Part shown: piece after piece, positions 38,734 through 53,700 of the stretch
Numbering within the stretch: position 1 is the first letter of the stretch
Layout of the letters: every line of letters starts with the position of its first letter
Source of the DNA: Owenia fusiformis
Lineage: Eukaryota
Direction of reading: 5' to 3'
Assembly: GCA_903813345.2 (NCBI GenBank)
Contig: CAIIXF020000001.1
Location: 25,792,001-25,856,000 of the forward strand
Length of the DNA stretch: 64,000 nucleotides
The notes under the pieces: model-generated
What the model was told of the DNA's origin: nothing
Database searches by the model: none
What the model saw: only the letters and a program-made list of their open reading frames with translations
Position numbers and translations under genes: made by a program

Positions 38734-41700
38734 CTATGTTTGTGTTATTATTGGTATAGATGTTTGGAGCTTTTGCAAGGTACCTAGCGAATCTTTTGTA
38801 AGGTTCACAATAGACCTAAAATGCAAAAAACAAATTGTTTAATCATTCCTTTAAGTCAATACATTTGAAATCTAAACTCAATAAAATTGTGCTAAAATTC
38901 AACAGAGGCTAGAATCAAAGGGTGGTTGATTAGCTATTGGTTATCATTATTATCATTGGTCATTTTTGAAGGCTAATATTGTTTGATACATTGACCAACT
39001 AACCTGAACAATTTTAACTTCTCTATGCTTTCTTCAAATTCAATAGCTTTCTTTTGTCCTCGTAGAATAATCTGAAAAAATAAAACAACAATTAAATGGG
39101 GATTCTTTGATTAAATTCATGTTCAATATTTTCTTACACTTTGAACAAATGAAAAACAAGATTTATCGTGACTTGCCCAGATTTCCAGATGCCCATCAGC
39201 ATAAGAAATTGTAAAGCTATAAGCAATTTACTTTTGGGCATCCATAACATCATTGCATTGATCATTTTAAAGCCAAAATTCATTTGTGATTCGAACTTTA
39301 CCTCATTGGGTAGATCTGCCAGTCTGGCTGCATTAAAGCCATAACTCTTAGGACAAGCGCCACCTATAAACTTGTAGAGGAAGGTGATGGTCTCCTGACT
39401 TGGGTCATTCTCATCTTCATTCTCCACCATACACGCCTGGAAAACAGACTTCATGTTCATTAAATATACACATTACAAGAGCAGTATTGATTTTTTTTTA
39501 AATGTTAATGAACCTGTCCATGTATAGCTCACACTAAAACCCCATGTCCTGTCACCATGCTCATCACTACCGGTGTAAAAGATGAAGAAATTGTTTCAAC
39601 TTACCATGTGCCCTGTCCTGACATTGGGGTCATGTGAGAACTCCTCCACCAGAGAGTGGTAGTGGGTGCTGAACAATGTGCGACATTTAACATTCTGAGA
39701 AAGTTCCTGCACCACTGCACATGCTATTGCTGTACCATCATATGTTGCTGTGCCTCGACCAAGTTCATCCATCAGAACCAGGCTATGTGGAGTTACATGC
39801 TGCAGGATGGCCGATGTTTCACTCAGTTCCACGAAAAATGTACTTTCACCTGCAAAGCATAAGTTTAAGTTCAATACAAATACAAGACATTTAAACAATG
39901 TATGTATGTATCTTTTATTCCCGATTTCAAATCGGATTTCATATAAACTAATTACATTGTTAGATTAATACAATAAACATAAAACATAAACAAGGTCACA
40001 ACATATTTACAATCTTTAAAAGTAATATAAAAATTTCAGATTACAAGGTCTAGATCTTCTGCAAGTTTATGCAAATAAGGGTACGAGACTAATCCCTGAG
40101 TCTGATATCACTATATGAATGTATCTCAGGATGAGCTCTAAGTTATGTATCTCAAATGACTCCGAGGCAGGACGCAACGTCAATAATGAGTTTATTCCTC
40201 ATGTGATTGTACTTATTACAGTCGATTAGCATGTGATTTATGGCATCCTTATAGAAATTGCCACATCTATTGCAAAGAAGGTTGGAGTCATTGACGGGCA
40301 TGGCTAAAACTTTGACTGCTGTGAGAATATACGGAAGTAGATAATTCCGTTTTCTGGCTAAGTTCCAAAGATTATGGGCTCTCAAAACAGAAATGGAAAT
40401 TCTGATGTCATTGCGTTGAGATTCACTTTGAACTAGGAAGCGTTGTCTGACTACATATTTGCAAATGCGTTTCCACAAGATATTATTTGGAAAATAACCG
40501 TTATCTAGATATTGAATCAGGTATTGTTCCAATTCGTAGGTTTTCAGAATGTTTGAAATGTCGGCGACAAATCCTGCCTGCCGGTGATTTCCGCCGTAAA
40601 GCAAATTTGCTCTAAACAGAAAGATGTCCTTTGTCAACGTCAGCTGTTGCATGTTGCAAAGCAGACCAAGAAACGACAGCTTTCGTAGGTCAAGAGTGAA
40701 CTGGACTGGTAACTGGACTGGTTTTTGTAGTACACTTTGATAATGCAGAACAGTAAAAATAGCAGGTCCTGGTAAAATGATAATTTGATATGAACTGTTC
40801 ATTTGTTTAAAAATCCCATAAATTCAAGTAATGTGTGAAGAGTACACTAAATAAAATGTACTTACCTGACATAATCCGATCACTGGCACCCAGGCGCGTG
40901 AACACTCGATCTACAGGGGTCAGCTTACACTTCTCAGCAGGCACATAGCATCCCTACAACATAATTTATCAGAATATTTTAACTTAGAACCAGAACAACG
41001 GCAACGCCAAAGCGTAGCGAATCCCATCGAACAGAAATGGCTGGCATTTTTACAAACAAAATATATAGCAAATATCATAAAATAACACACATAAGAAAGG
41101 CCACCATTTTCAAAATGGTTGCTCACTAGCCAAGTTGTCATCAGAAGAAGTAATATGCTTTTAAGTAGCCACATATGAAATTTTTAAAAATCGCACACAC
41201 GTACATGTAAATGGTGGCCATTTTTATAAAATGGCCGCCTTCTACCCAAAATGTCATAAGACAGTATGCAATCCTTACGAGTATTCACATTTCAAATATA
41301 AACAAAATCGCTCTATAACTTCTTGAGTTATCATAAAAAATGTAAATTAACACACATAAAAATGGTGGCCATTTTTCAAAATTGCCGACTACTCCCCAAA
41401 GTTTTATTAGACAACGTGCCATGCTTAAAGTATTCACAAATCAAATATGAACAAAATTGCTCCAATACTTTTCGAGTTATAATAAAAAATGAAAAATGAC
41501 AGCCATTTTTTTAAAATGGCCGCCTACTACCCAAAATGTCATTAGACATTGTGCCATGCTTAAAGTATTCACATACAAAATATGAACAAAATCGCTACAC
41601 TTCTTTTTGAGTACAGTAAAAAATGTTAAACACACGTAAAAATGGCGGCCATTTTTCAAAATGGCCGCATACTACCCAAATTTTATTAGACATTGTGCCA

Positions 41701-44700
41701 TGCTTAAAGTATTCACATACCAAATATGAACAAAATCGCTCCACTACTTTTCCAGTTACAGCAAAAATCGTAAAATGACGTGCGAAGGCAGCCATTTTTC
41801 AAGATGGCTGCCATGTATTTCTTCTATATTTACATTTCTAGCTTAAACAATGTTCTATATAACTTTTTTGCATTTAAAACATATTGCTATTACAGTTTTA
41901 TATGCAGAACCTAAATTACTGTAAAATCAGCACTAAAATGGCCGCCATTTTTAAATGAGCGGCCATTTTGAAAATTGGCTTTCGAGCAGAACTTCTACCC
42001 TCATAGGGTATATGTGTACAAAATCGGGCCAACGGTATTTGAGTTATTGCTCGGACGGACGGACGGACGGACGGACAGACGGACGTAGGTACGGATGTAC
42101 ATACGGACGGACGGACGGAGGCGTTCCCTATATCCCTCCGAACTTCGTTCGATGGGATAATAATGCAGCTTTCAACACTAATCAATGATAACTTAGTCCA
42201 TTTTTCTGTATTTCTCTTCAAAAAGGGAACACTAATGGAAAAAGATAAAATTCTTGATATAGATAAAATAGATGTAAAAACGAATAAAGTTAGAGCAAAT
42301 GAATTTGAATGTTAGAAAATACTGATTGCCTCACCAGCTGAGCCATAATGACAACGAGGCCAACTTGACGCATCAATGTCGACTTTCCACCCATATTTGG
42401 TCCAGTTACTATGACAACACTGCTATGAGATTGATCTTCACCTTCAGTCTTCATAGCATTTTCCTACAACATAATGTTGCTTATAACCATTAAGATTGAT
42501 TAGATCTGGTCAAAATAAGAGAATTTAGAAATTACTATGCCTTATTTGGTCAATAAAAAATAAAATAAATTTATAGTGCATACATCTCTGATTCCAATCA
42601 CTGTATCATTAGGGATATAATCTCCGCCAGAGAATGTTCTTGAGACACAGGGATGTCTGGCGTCACGAATCTCCAAGAATGAGGTTGTGGCATCATCAGG
42701 GAGGATGAGCTCTGGCCGACACATAGCACCATCTGCTGACTGGCTGTAGCGGGAGATATTGAGTAGGACATCAAGGGTGGCGAGACATTGCACCGCAGCC
42801 TCCCAGTCTTTGTACCTGGACATGATAAAGGAGAATGTCTTTAATGGTGAATGAGTGAGAATCATACATGAATGAGGCTGAACTTTTTACCTCATCACTT
42901 TTGCTGTAAATAGTTAAATACTCATTGAGATGTCAACAGACAGCATTGTTTTGTTCAGACTTTAGATATCGTGACAGGTGCAAAAACATACACTTAATAG
43001 TGTTGCATGTACTTGCAGTATCATACAGTGCATACTGTAGATATTCTTGGGCAATACAGTAAAGCAAGTACATGTACTTTTAAAGGTGGATCAATCAAAT
43101 AACTCAACTTACTTTTTGTCAAAGTGCCAGAAGAGCAGTCTCATAGTGTCTGTGAGGGCTCTCTCCTTATCTAACTCCGTCCTCTCTAGTTGTTTTAGAA
43201 GATCTTCTATCTCTGTGGTTCGGTAACGTCGACATCCCTTCTTCTGTGACTGGAGTTCGAAATCATCTGGGACACGATCACGCAGGCTGTCTGGGACCTC
43301 AATCTGACAGCGATTCTTGCCTTTGCCCCAGTACACAAGTGTCTATTGAGAAAACATGTTTGTTGTAAATTAAAGAGATAAAATGACAGTACTTTGATTA
43401 AAAGGTTGAATCGATGAATGATACACCTTGCATAAATCATCTTCATATTAAGAAGTTTGATTCTATCATAAGATGTCAAATTAGTACCACCTTGCCAGGC
43501 CAGTTCTAGGGGTTTTATTGCTAGTTTAGAAGGCGTTCATTTGACTATATCGACCTAAGAAATGTGTGACGTCATAGTGGTGGTCCATATGGCCCGGTCT
43601 AGAATATATTCTGGACCGGCAATTTTCCCCGGGAAATTAGATATCGTTCAATGCGTAAGCTTTTCTTGCTGTTTCAGTCCTGGTCGTTAACGGTGGTAAT
43701 AATACTAATAACGTCATTTCTGCGAGCAATATAGTGAAATATTGGACCTTGGGCCTTCGGCTCTCGGTCCAATATTTCACTATATTGCCCTTAGAAATGA
43801 CGTTATTGTACGAATAGTAATTTGTGCAAACATTTGCTTTTGGTCAAAAACTATTTTCATGAACTTAATGGAACAGAATAAAAGTCAAGTTTTTAAAACT
43901 TCAAGAAAATACATATAATGTTTAAAAGTACTTACATTACATTTCAAACGTTTTCTTTGTTGCTTGAGATAGTCATCCAGCTCCTCTTCTATGCTATTAA
44001 TGTGCTCAATGGCCTGGTCATAGTCAGGGTTGCACCCTGGTAAGGGCTTTATGACCCCGCTCTGTTTGGCCTTGGTATGGTCAAATGCACGCTAAAAATC
44101 ATTCAATCAAAAAATCAAAGTACATCTATTTATACCTTATTTATTATCATTTTCAGGAGTACTTAGTCAATACATGTGTAACCATTTCAAAATATTATCA
44201 AATCTTTATTTCAATGAAAATAAATGAAATATAAAGGTTTTTTTACAAAATTATAAGACTTAAATCTTGATTTATATCATAGCAGCTGAATAAACCTTTA
44301 AACATTTAGTATTTTGACAATTCTTCACACTACTGAGTATTAATCGATATATGTCTTACATCTGTTGCAGCTAGATCCTTCCTAAGGTCAGGGAATCTTC
44401 CAAGTGGCACAGAGTCATCACTGGCAAAACTAACAGTTTGTTGCAAAAGCTTTGATCTAAAAACACATGACATATGGCATAGATTTAAGAACACATGACA
44501 CATGGGAATATAGAGGAAAAATGAAAACAACAGAAGTGTAGAATGAATGTCTTTTTAATAGTACATGTATTTTTACTTAGAAACTGAAATCCTAAATTGT
44601 CTATTCAACCTAAGATTTGTATGAGGGATTTTTTCAAAGGAATTCATTTCCTATTTTTCCATCAATTATAGGAAGGCTATCTGTAATGTTTTATGATTTT

Positions 44701-47700
44701 TAATTATGAGTGTTAATCATACATGCATGTTTTCCAGTTTCTGATTGATCAATCACTATGGTAACAACCATTTACCAAAGTAATCACTTTTCATTACAAA
44801 AGGTTGAAGCATTCAAGAGGGCAACTTACTTAAATGATGTGTTGTGACTCTTAAATTTCTCCATAATATCACAAGCCACCTTGAAGCCAGTTAATGCAGA
44901 CACAAAATCCTCAATCTTACGCTTGCTGGAACAAAATAAAAGTAACAGGATTTAAGATCTTTAAATGTTCCATAAATATCAAACATTGATGTGTGAAAAT
45001 TACAGTACTCTAACACGATGATTAGATGTTTCTCATACATGTAGTTATAGTTTAATGTACAAAGGGTAGTGACGAGAATAACATATACCTGTAAGTGACA
45101 TCTTCATACATGATGGCCCTGGCATCTGGATGGTCTTTGGAACGCTTGAGGGAACCCAGTGTATGGATCCTAGGGCACATAGAGCAACATTTATATGTAT
45201 ATTATACAGACAGGCCAATACAGAGTTTAAGAAGCCTAAAGCCAATTTTGAAAGAATTTAGGCAGTTGTTCCTATTCTAGATGTTGCTTGAGCTTACATC
45301 ATTATTATCAACTACATTATCAAAGGGAGCCCAATTATTAATTCAACATTAATGAAACACAAAATATGTACCGGGTGTCCCAAAAAATTGTACTCAAATG
45401 AAACAGATGCAAGAGGATTAACTCATCGAAAAAAGCTGAACTTCGCACATGATAAAGAGAATTCATTTTCTCCGATTAACAGTCAAAAATTCATAGAATT
45501 TTTTAGTCCCAAGTACAATTTTGAGACACCCTGTATCTCAAACACACAAGGTCAATGTGGCATCTTACTTGCTGAGTAATCGCTCCAGATCAGGCAGTTT
45601 CTTAAGGCTGTCTGTGACATCAGCTGTCACATCTGAGACACCCCATAAATCTTCTACTGCATCCAGTCTATCATTAATCCCTTCCGGGTTACACAGGGGG
45701 GCACATAGCCATTGCTGGAACAGCCTCTTGCCTAAAATGATCATCATTACTATGATTAAATAAATTTAATAACCAACTGGGGAATTGATTTCTAAATTGA
45801 ATAATTAATTTGAAAAATGCAATAAATCAAATTTTTTCTGATTTACAGCAATCCAAATATTTAGAAATCCCGTCTTTTGAGAACCATTATTTGAGCCAGG
45901 CCACGGGAAAAGGGGTTTTATCACAGATTTTTTCAATGTTTTGATTTTTTGTTTTTCTTAAAAAGCACAAAGAGACCTTTCAAATGAGCCATGGCTTGTG
46001 TCTTAACAATTTTTCCTTGCAGGTATAGACCAAAAAGACTGTTTGAATTTTGCACATTTTCCTCTTAATCTTGGGCACATTTTTGACTCTGTAGCACAAT
46101 TTAAATTTTTGTGATAAGACCGGTTTTCCTATGGCGAGGCTCATTTGTTTGTGTGTCGCATGGTAGCAGTTCAGAGTACTTGTAAAACTGACATTTATAA
46201 CTAACACATGTCATTTCCTTCATATGAAATGAAAACAGAGAAAGAATGTTACGTCATTGGAGGAGAAGTTCTCCAAGCAATGGTCAAGCACTGCACTAAA
46301 CTTAATTTCCTTTTCTAATCAATAAACTTTAAGGTGATTCTAACCAAATGGTGTAACGCAATGGTCCAGCCTCTGAAGTAGAGTCCCCTCTTGGTTGCCT
46401 CTTGTGTCCATAACATCCAGATTACTAAGGGTAATACCATCAAGCACCTGAAACAAATTTATTTTTTATTTAGTTTTTAGTGAGTTTAATACCCAGTGAG
46501 TTTAGTACCCAGCAGCCAGATCGCAATAGAATCAAGCAATAACCTACACTGTACTTGTCTTTTTAAATATACACTCTTTACCAACAACTATTCCACTTGA
46601 ATCTACAAACCCCATGGTACTTTCATTTGAACTTATGTACAATACAGAGCATGAATATTCAACTTTTATTTTTCTTCCATGAAAATGATAGTGTGACATA
46701 ATTCAATGGTTTATTATAGACTTTAACATGGAAACAGATTCCTGACATACATACCATTTTTTGTTTGTTTGTGAATTTCTTTTTCTCTACAGGCTTGCTC
46801 ACTGCATTAGGCCCACTATCCACTGGTATATATTGTGTAAAGTTCTTCATGGAGAGCACAGCATGGTCCATGAGACAATGCTGGAGATACCTAGAACACA
46901 TAAAAGTCCACTTTAAAATATCATTTGTAAGGCCCTCAATAAAAGTTTGAACATGCTTTGCTTTAAAGCTTTTATTGTACCTTACTAGTTAGAACTGTCC
47001 AACTAACTACATTTATTTTTAAATCCCTTGAATCTGAATTATACCAAATTCTGAACCGCAGTTAAAATAATCAACAAGAAAGAAAAAACTTGTACATGTA
47101 GTGTTATATTAATTATTTCTATGTTTATTCACAAACCAGAAGAAATGACCATAAATATAAATGTTCCTCTTACCAAGTGATTGCACCAAGACTGCGTATT
47201 GCAAGGTCATATTCAGCAGAAGCAGTTTGCCCAAGAGAGTCAGCTGAAAAAAAAATCAAGAATTATAATATATACAGGGTGGGCCAAAAAAACGCCACTT
47301 TTTTTTTCAAAATGCTTTAACTTTTTTAATTTTTGATACAAAATCATAATTCACATACCAAATGAAACTTGAGGTTGTTATCTAGCCATTGGTCATGAAT
47401 TATACACTTTTACTTGAATGAGATATGTCACCAGCGTCTCACTTAAACATGTGGTGTGCCATGAGAAATAAGCATAATTTGCATAATGTTCCTAAACTGA
47501 TACGCCCTGATGACCACAAGCTAATAGCCTTAATTCAAACCCAAGTGAGTATAGGGCATGGGGAGGTCTCCAGGAGATGGTATGAAGGCACCCGATCTAA
47601 AAAATTGCTTAACTAAAGCTGGCAATTAAGACACATTGAAAATAATATAGCTAACATTTCATTGATACTGCTATATCAGCGAGGCGACTAAAACTAAAAT

Positions 47701-50700
47701 CTATCATCAAATGGGGTGGCGGACCAATTGAACTCCTCTTTTTAGATCAAATATAATCCCATTTGAAGGACTCGTTACATTATATTATTACTAAGAACCC
47801 TTGGCACTATATAACTGCAAAATTTGGGGTATGTAGGTTGGAAAATAAAAAAGTTATAGTGTCTTGAAAAAAAAGTGGCGTTTTTTTGGCCCACCCTGTA
47901 CATACAGGGTGATAAATTGCAATCCTTTCACTTTTGGGACACCCTGTACTAAAACATGTACACTGACCTCACCATTAGCTAAAGAAGATTAGTTTTACCT
48001 TCTGAGATCATAAATTAAAGAAAATAAGTTTTACCTTCTGAGATCATATTCTTGAGAGTTTCTGGCCATGAAAACTCCCTAGTTTTGTCATCCTTGAAGA
48101 ATTCCCCCTCACTGAGATATTTCAATGTCTTAGTAGAATCCCAAAATTGTGAGTTTGAATTCAATGTCTCCCTGGGTACACCTGTGAGACAACTGTTAAA
48201 CACCTGTTGGACCTTACTTGACACCTCTCCTCTCTCGATCAGCAACTATAATAAACATGCATACACCTTTAGTACAGCATTTAGTCTATCTGCAACTACT
48301 GTAATCAAAAACACATCTTTGCACATGTTACCAGAATCACATTAATAAGATCATATACATTGTTCATGGCCTACACTAGGTCACTTAAATCTAAATTGGT
48401 GAAATTTACATTTGGTATAGATGAGCGATTTTGATCACATGACCACTGCCATTTGAGGAGTGCTGCAATGAAGAACAGTTGACAATCTAAATGTGTTAAT
48501 AGCAAATAGAGTGGAATGAGTCAATAGTTGTTAGTGATGACAGAGAGAAATAAGTGCAATGACCACATTGACAAGCTTAGTAGTGTATGCATACATGTGC
48601 AGGTACTACAGGTATACACAGGCCCGTAGCCAGGGGAGAGGGATGAGGTGCAAGCGACCGCCCCCCCCCCAGCCAAAAATTCTTCCAACTACATGCAGTT
48701 TTCACCAATCTAATCACTTTTCAAGTCATTTTCAGGTAAAAATGGTCAAATGTGAAATCCTTCCTCAGGATTTTTTCAAAAAGTGAACCCCCTTGGAAAA
48801 AGTTGGCTATGGGCCTGATACATGTAGTATATTGTGCAGAAGTACATTATTGTACCTCTGTTGGTGTGTGATGTGCCAGGATGGTCCTCAGTCTGGAGCA
48901 ATGTCTGTCATCCTCAAACTGTCCAACATGGAACCTACCCACAGTTGTATCCACAAAACATACTCCAAACACACTGGTCTCTCCAGCAAGCCCACTCTGT
49001 GTCTACAAAATACAAAAAAATACAAATTAGATAAAAGAATCATTAAGTATTTTCATATTCATGAAATGGGCAGAAGTACCATTTTTATAGAGTTAATAAA
49101 TTCTAGAAGTCTGCATAAATGAACATATGTAATAGTTAAGCAACACTTTAAATAATGATATACTAGAAATCAACCAAAACCCCAAAAAGTCCTAGTTCTC
49201 AACTGTGTTACAGTATAACATGGGTTTTTGTAACTTAACAAGAAATATTCTGATACCTTTTCACAAATAGCCATGAGATAGGCATTGTCAGCATTAGAGG
49301 CATCCCCATCAAGGAAGCTGTATGTCTTAGTGCCTGGTGTAGTTACCGCACAAACCTCTCTTTTTACAACCTTGTCAAACTTTGTAATTTTTCGAGTACC
49401 TACAGTTAGATAAAGTAATGATGATCCGAATACAAGTTGTACAATGTATTAACAATTTGGAATATATGAGGTGTACATATTTGCAAAGAATACTTTTCAA
49501 AATTTAAAACAACATTTCTGAACATCAACAACGATCATATTTCTGTGCCGAACTGTATGAATGCCACCTAGAACTTGCATGATTAACTTATTGATCTCAG
49601 ACACTCACTATTTTTGCAGCGTTCATTCATCATATCTGGATTCTCCGTCTGTTCCACCCTGGCGACTTTGTACCCTTTTTGAACCAATGTCTCAGAGTAG
49701 CGACCATAAGCAATCTCAGGAAACCCAGAATGGGCATATGCTCCCTAAAGATTAAGATTTAGTGAACATTCTTAAAGGGTCAAGTCAAAGTAGTATCAAT
49801 GTCCATCAAACAAAGTTATCTTATTTATAACTTAAGCCCCCTCGTTTTTTTAATGAAACCTTTAAATCTGCGATATCACAACAAAGCAATGGTGAAACCT
49901 ACGAAATGATCTATGGTCCCTACCCCTTAAAACAAGAAATGACAGCATTTGCCCTTTGAATATCAAAATTATATTGTAGGCTGAAAATCTTTAATATTTT
50001 GTTTCATGAATGAAATCAGTTGAGTTGTTATAAAAGTTTACTCGTGGTGCACAAGATATTAGAAAATTGAGGGGAAAGTAATAGCTTATAGAAAAATAAC
50101 AATCCAGACCATTACGTTCTACTCCATGTATTATGTAGACCTATGTATAATGCAGTATATGAATCAAATTAAATCTTACCTTCATGTAGATAAGGCCAAG
50201 TTCATTGACTCCAGTAACAGCATCCATGTGGTAGAGCTCGTAGAATTTGCCCACTTTAAAGAACAGCACCGTGTCAAAGAGCTTTGCCTTGATGTCCCAC
50301 CATTGTCTGTGGCCCTACACAAAAGTACACATATATACAGAGTAATGCAAATCACCAATAACCCAATGCCCAAAATGTGTATTGTACAGTCAAACCTGTG
50401 TAGGTGGAACACCCTTTGTTCTGCCAAAAAGTGTTCCACTTACAAGGTGTTCCATTTGTGGTTTCAAGTGGATTGTACGTGCCTTTTAACATAATACAGT
50501 TATCTATCTATCTATCTATCTTGGCGAGTCATGCTCCTTGTAAATAAGGATACATCATACATAGCCTGGTTTTGGATAATTAAACTTTATCATAATCCCT
50601 ATTTGTGAAGTCAGAATGGGTCTGCATTTTCACAACAATGATATATCTTCTACATGCTACCTCCCCCTTAGATCAATACCTAGCCCCTGAACCTTTGTCA

Positions 50701-53700
50701 TGTGTCTTTAGAAAACCCCATTAACTCACTGGTGTGCAATCATTGAGGAATCTCTCTGGTATATGCAAAGTTCTGGGGTCATAATCGGGGTGGCTTTTAA
50801 GTCTCTTTTCAGCATCCCTGTAACATATGAATCAACATTACATAGCATATTCACAGCAATAGAAGCAAACTGACATGAAATTCTCGAGGCATTTTCTTTG
50901 GATGCATTGGTAGTGTCTCGAAATTTCAACAGGATTTTTAACCCAAGTCCATAAATGATATATTTAGGAAAAATGATCCAATTAAAAGGATACATTTTAT
51001 GCAATAGATAATTTGAAATCCTCCATCAGCTGAATGTATCTAACAACTGTTTTATTTTTCTATTTTTTATAATCAGTTTTATTTCTTCATGTAACTTGTC
51101 ATAATGCAATTGTAGTTAATGATAAGAGTGACACATTAGCATGTTCACTCTGGGTTTAAAAGAACATTTAGCTTTATAAACTGGTAGATAGCTGTAGTGG
51201 CAATCTATGCTGTGTGACCAGTTTCACTTACTTGATCTTGTCTGGCTTGAGGAAGTCAAGAGTGAAATGTGTATATACTTGCTCTTCTACCCCAGGTCTG
51301 CTTGGACTAGACACCTAGAGAAAAAATCTATAGTATTACCACTTTTCCCTACTTTGATCATCTCAACTTAACATTAGCATATTTCATTAACATTACATAG
51401 CTCAACTTAACATTAGCATATTTCATTGGCATTTCATGAACACCAAATTATTGCAGGAAAAAGAACAACGGCAACGCCAAAGCGTAGCGAATCCCATCGA
51501 ACAGAAATGGCTGGCATTTTTAAAAACGAAATATATAGCAAATATCATAAAACAACACACCAGAAAGGCCACCATTTTCAAAATGGTTGCTCACTAGCCA
51601 AGTTGTCATCAGAAGAAATAATATGCTTTTAAGTAGCCACCTATAAAATTTTTGAAAAATTGCACACATGTACTTGTAAAATAACACGCATAAAAATGGT
51701 GGCCATTTTTCAAAATGGCTGACTACTCCCCAAAGTTTTATTAGACAATGTGCCATGCTAAGAGTATTCACATATCAAATATGAACAAAATCGCTCCACT
51801 ACTTTTCGAGTTATAGTAAAAAATGTGAAAATGAAAGCCATTTTTTAAAATCGCTGAACTACTTTTCAAGTTATAGTGAAATACGTTAAAATGGGGCCAA
51901 AATGGCCACCTTCTAATGGCGGCCATTTTTCAAATTTTTTTTCAAAATGGCCACCTTCTACCAAAAGTGTCACAGGACTGTGTGCCATGCTTATAGTATT
52001 CACATACCAAATATGAACAAAATCGCTCCACTACTTTTCGAGTTATAGTAAAATACGTTAAAATGGTGGCCATTTTTCAAAATGGCAGCCTACTACCCAA
52101 AGTGTCATTAGACAGTGTGCCATGCTTATAGTATTCACATATAAAATATGAAACGTACCAAATATATGAACAAAATCGCTGAACTACTTTTCAAGTTATA
52201 GTGAAATACGTTAAAATGGGGCCAAAATGGCCACCTTCTAATGGCGGCCATTTTTCAAATTTTTTTTCAAAATGACCGCCTTCTACCAAAAGTGTCTTTA
52301 GACAGTGTGCAATGTTTATAGTATTCACATACCAAATATGAACAAAATCGCTCCACTACTTTTCGAGTTACAGCAAAAATTGTAAAATAACGAGTAAACG
52401 CCGCCATTTTTCAAGATGGCTGCCATGTGCTTTTTTAATATCTACATTTGCAGCTTAATTAATGTCCTTTATAATTTTTTTACATTTAAAACATATTGCT
52501 ATTACAGTTTTACATATTGCACCTAAATTACTGTAAAATCGGCACTAAAATGGCCGCCATTTTGAAATGAGCGGCCATTTTGAAAATCGGCTTTCGAACA
52601 GAACTTCTACCTCCATAGGGTATATGTGTACAAAATATGAACAAAATCGGGCCAACGGTATTTGAGTTATTGCCGGACGGACAGACGGACATACGTACGG
52701 ACGGACGGAGGCGTTCCCTATATCCCTCCGAACTTCGTTCGATGGGATAATTAAATATAGGTTGTAGAAATCTATAATTGTAGTTCATCATATCAACAAT
52801 TTGAAAATTTGAGATTTTTCTTACAGAATCTGGGGCCGAAAATGCACTGAGTCTAGACTTGGTAGCTTCATGGCATACTGTTGGTGTCTTCATTACACTA
52901 GGTGTACTTGGGGTCTTTGCGATGCTAGGTGTAGCAGGGGTCTTCGGTGTACTTGGTGTACTGGATTCTGCACTAAAACTGGCTAAAGCTGCTTGGGATT
53001 TTGAAGCAGTAGGGGGAGCATCTGATGAATTCTTTGCCACATTGTCCTTTCCACGCTTTCTCTTACGACTCTCCTGAAAATAAGAACATCTTTTTGTTAG
53101 CATTACCAAAAATATCCAATTTAATAGTTCAGACTTTAATTTTGTGTCTGATGATGAACAGTTGTGGAAGAACAAAGTTTAATTCATTGTGGGAGGGGGG
53201 AGAGTGCTGCTTTTTGGAATATTTATGTCAATAAGCGGAAGACTAAGTCAGATTTTTAAATTTTGTTATATGAGGGAAGAGTCAAACAATAACGAGATAA
53301 ACTTTCAACAATTTTGATAACTTACTGTATACCTCTAATTGTAAATGTAAAGTGACTGTACCCTTGTTAATATCAAACATACCTTAAAATCACTGTAACA
53401 ACATAAAGCCCTGCTTTGAGAAATAAATGACCACAGAGGCCTTAATAATTTGTTGGTTTTTAGCAATAAGTTTAAAAGCCACAAAAGCTTTTTTAGCATA
53501 TGGCGAAGATTTGGATCTAAAGATTTGCAAATATGGAAATGATCTATGAACAAAAACTACCTGAGAAACAGGAAAATCATCAAAAACAAATTTAATTATC
53601 TAGACCACTGCATTTCTTGTGTTTTGTCACATTATTTTTGACAAACATTTACCTTCACTGGTGATTCAGCTTCATCAAGAGACTCAATATCTGAGATGTT

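Noticed and set aside
40152-40802. 216-aa ORF as a nested host gene in MSH6
   Set aside because: The CCHC finger, poly(A) signal and microsatellite tail indicate the 3' end of a LINE.
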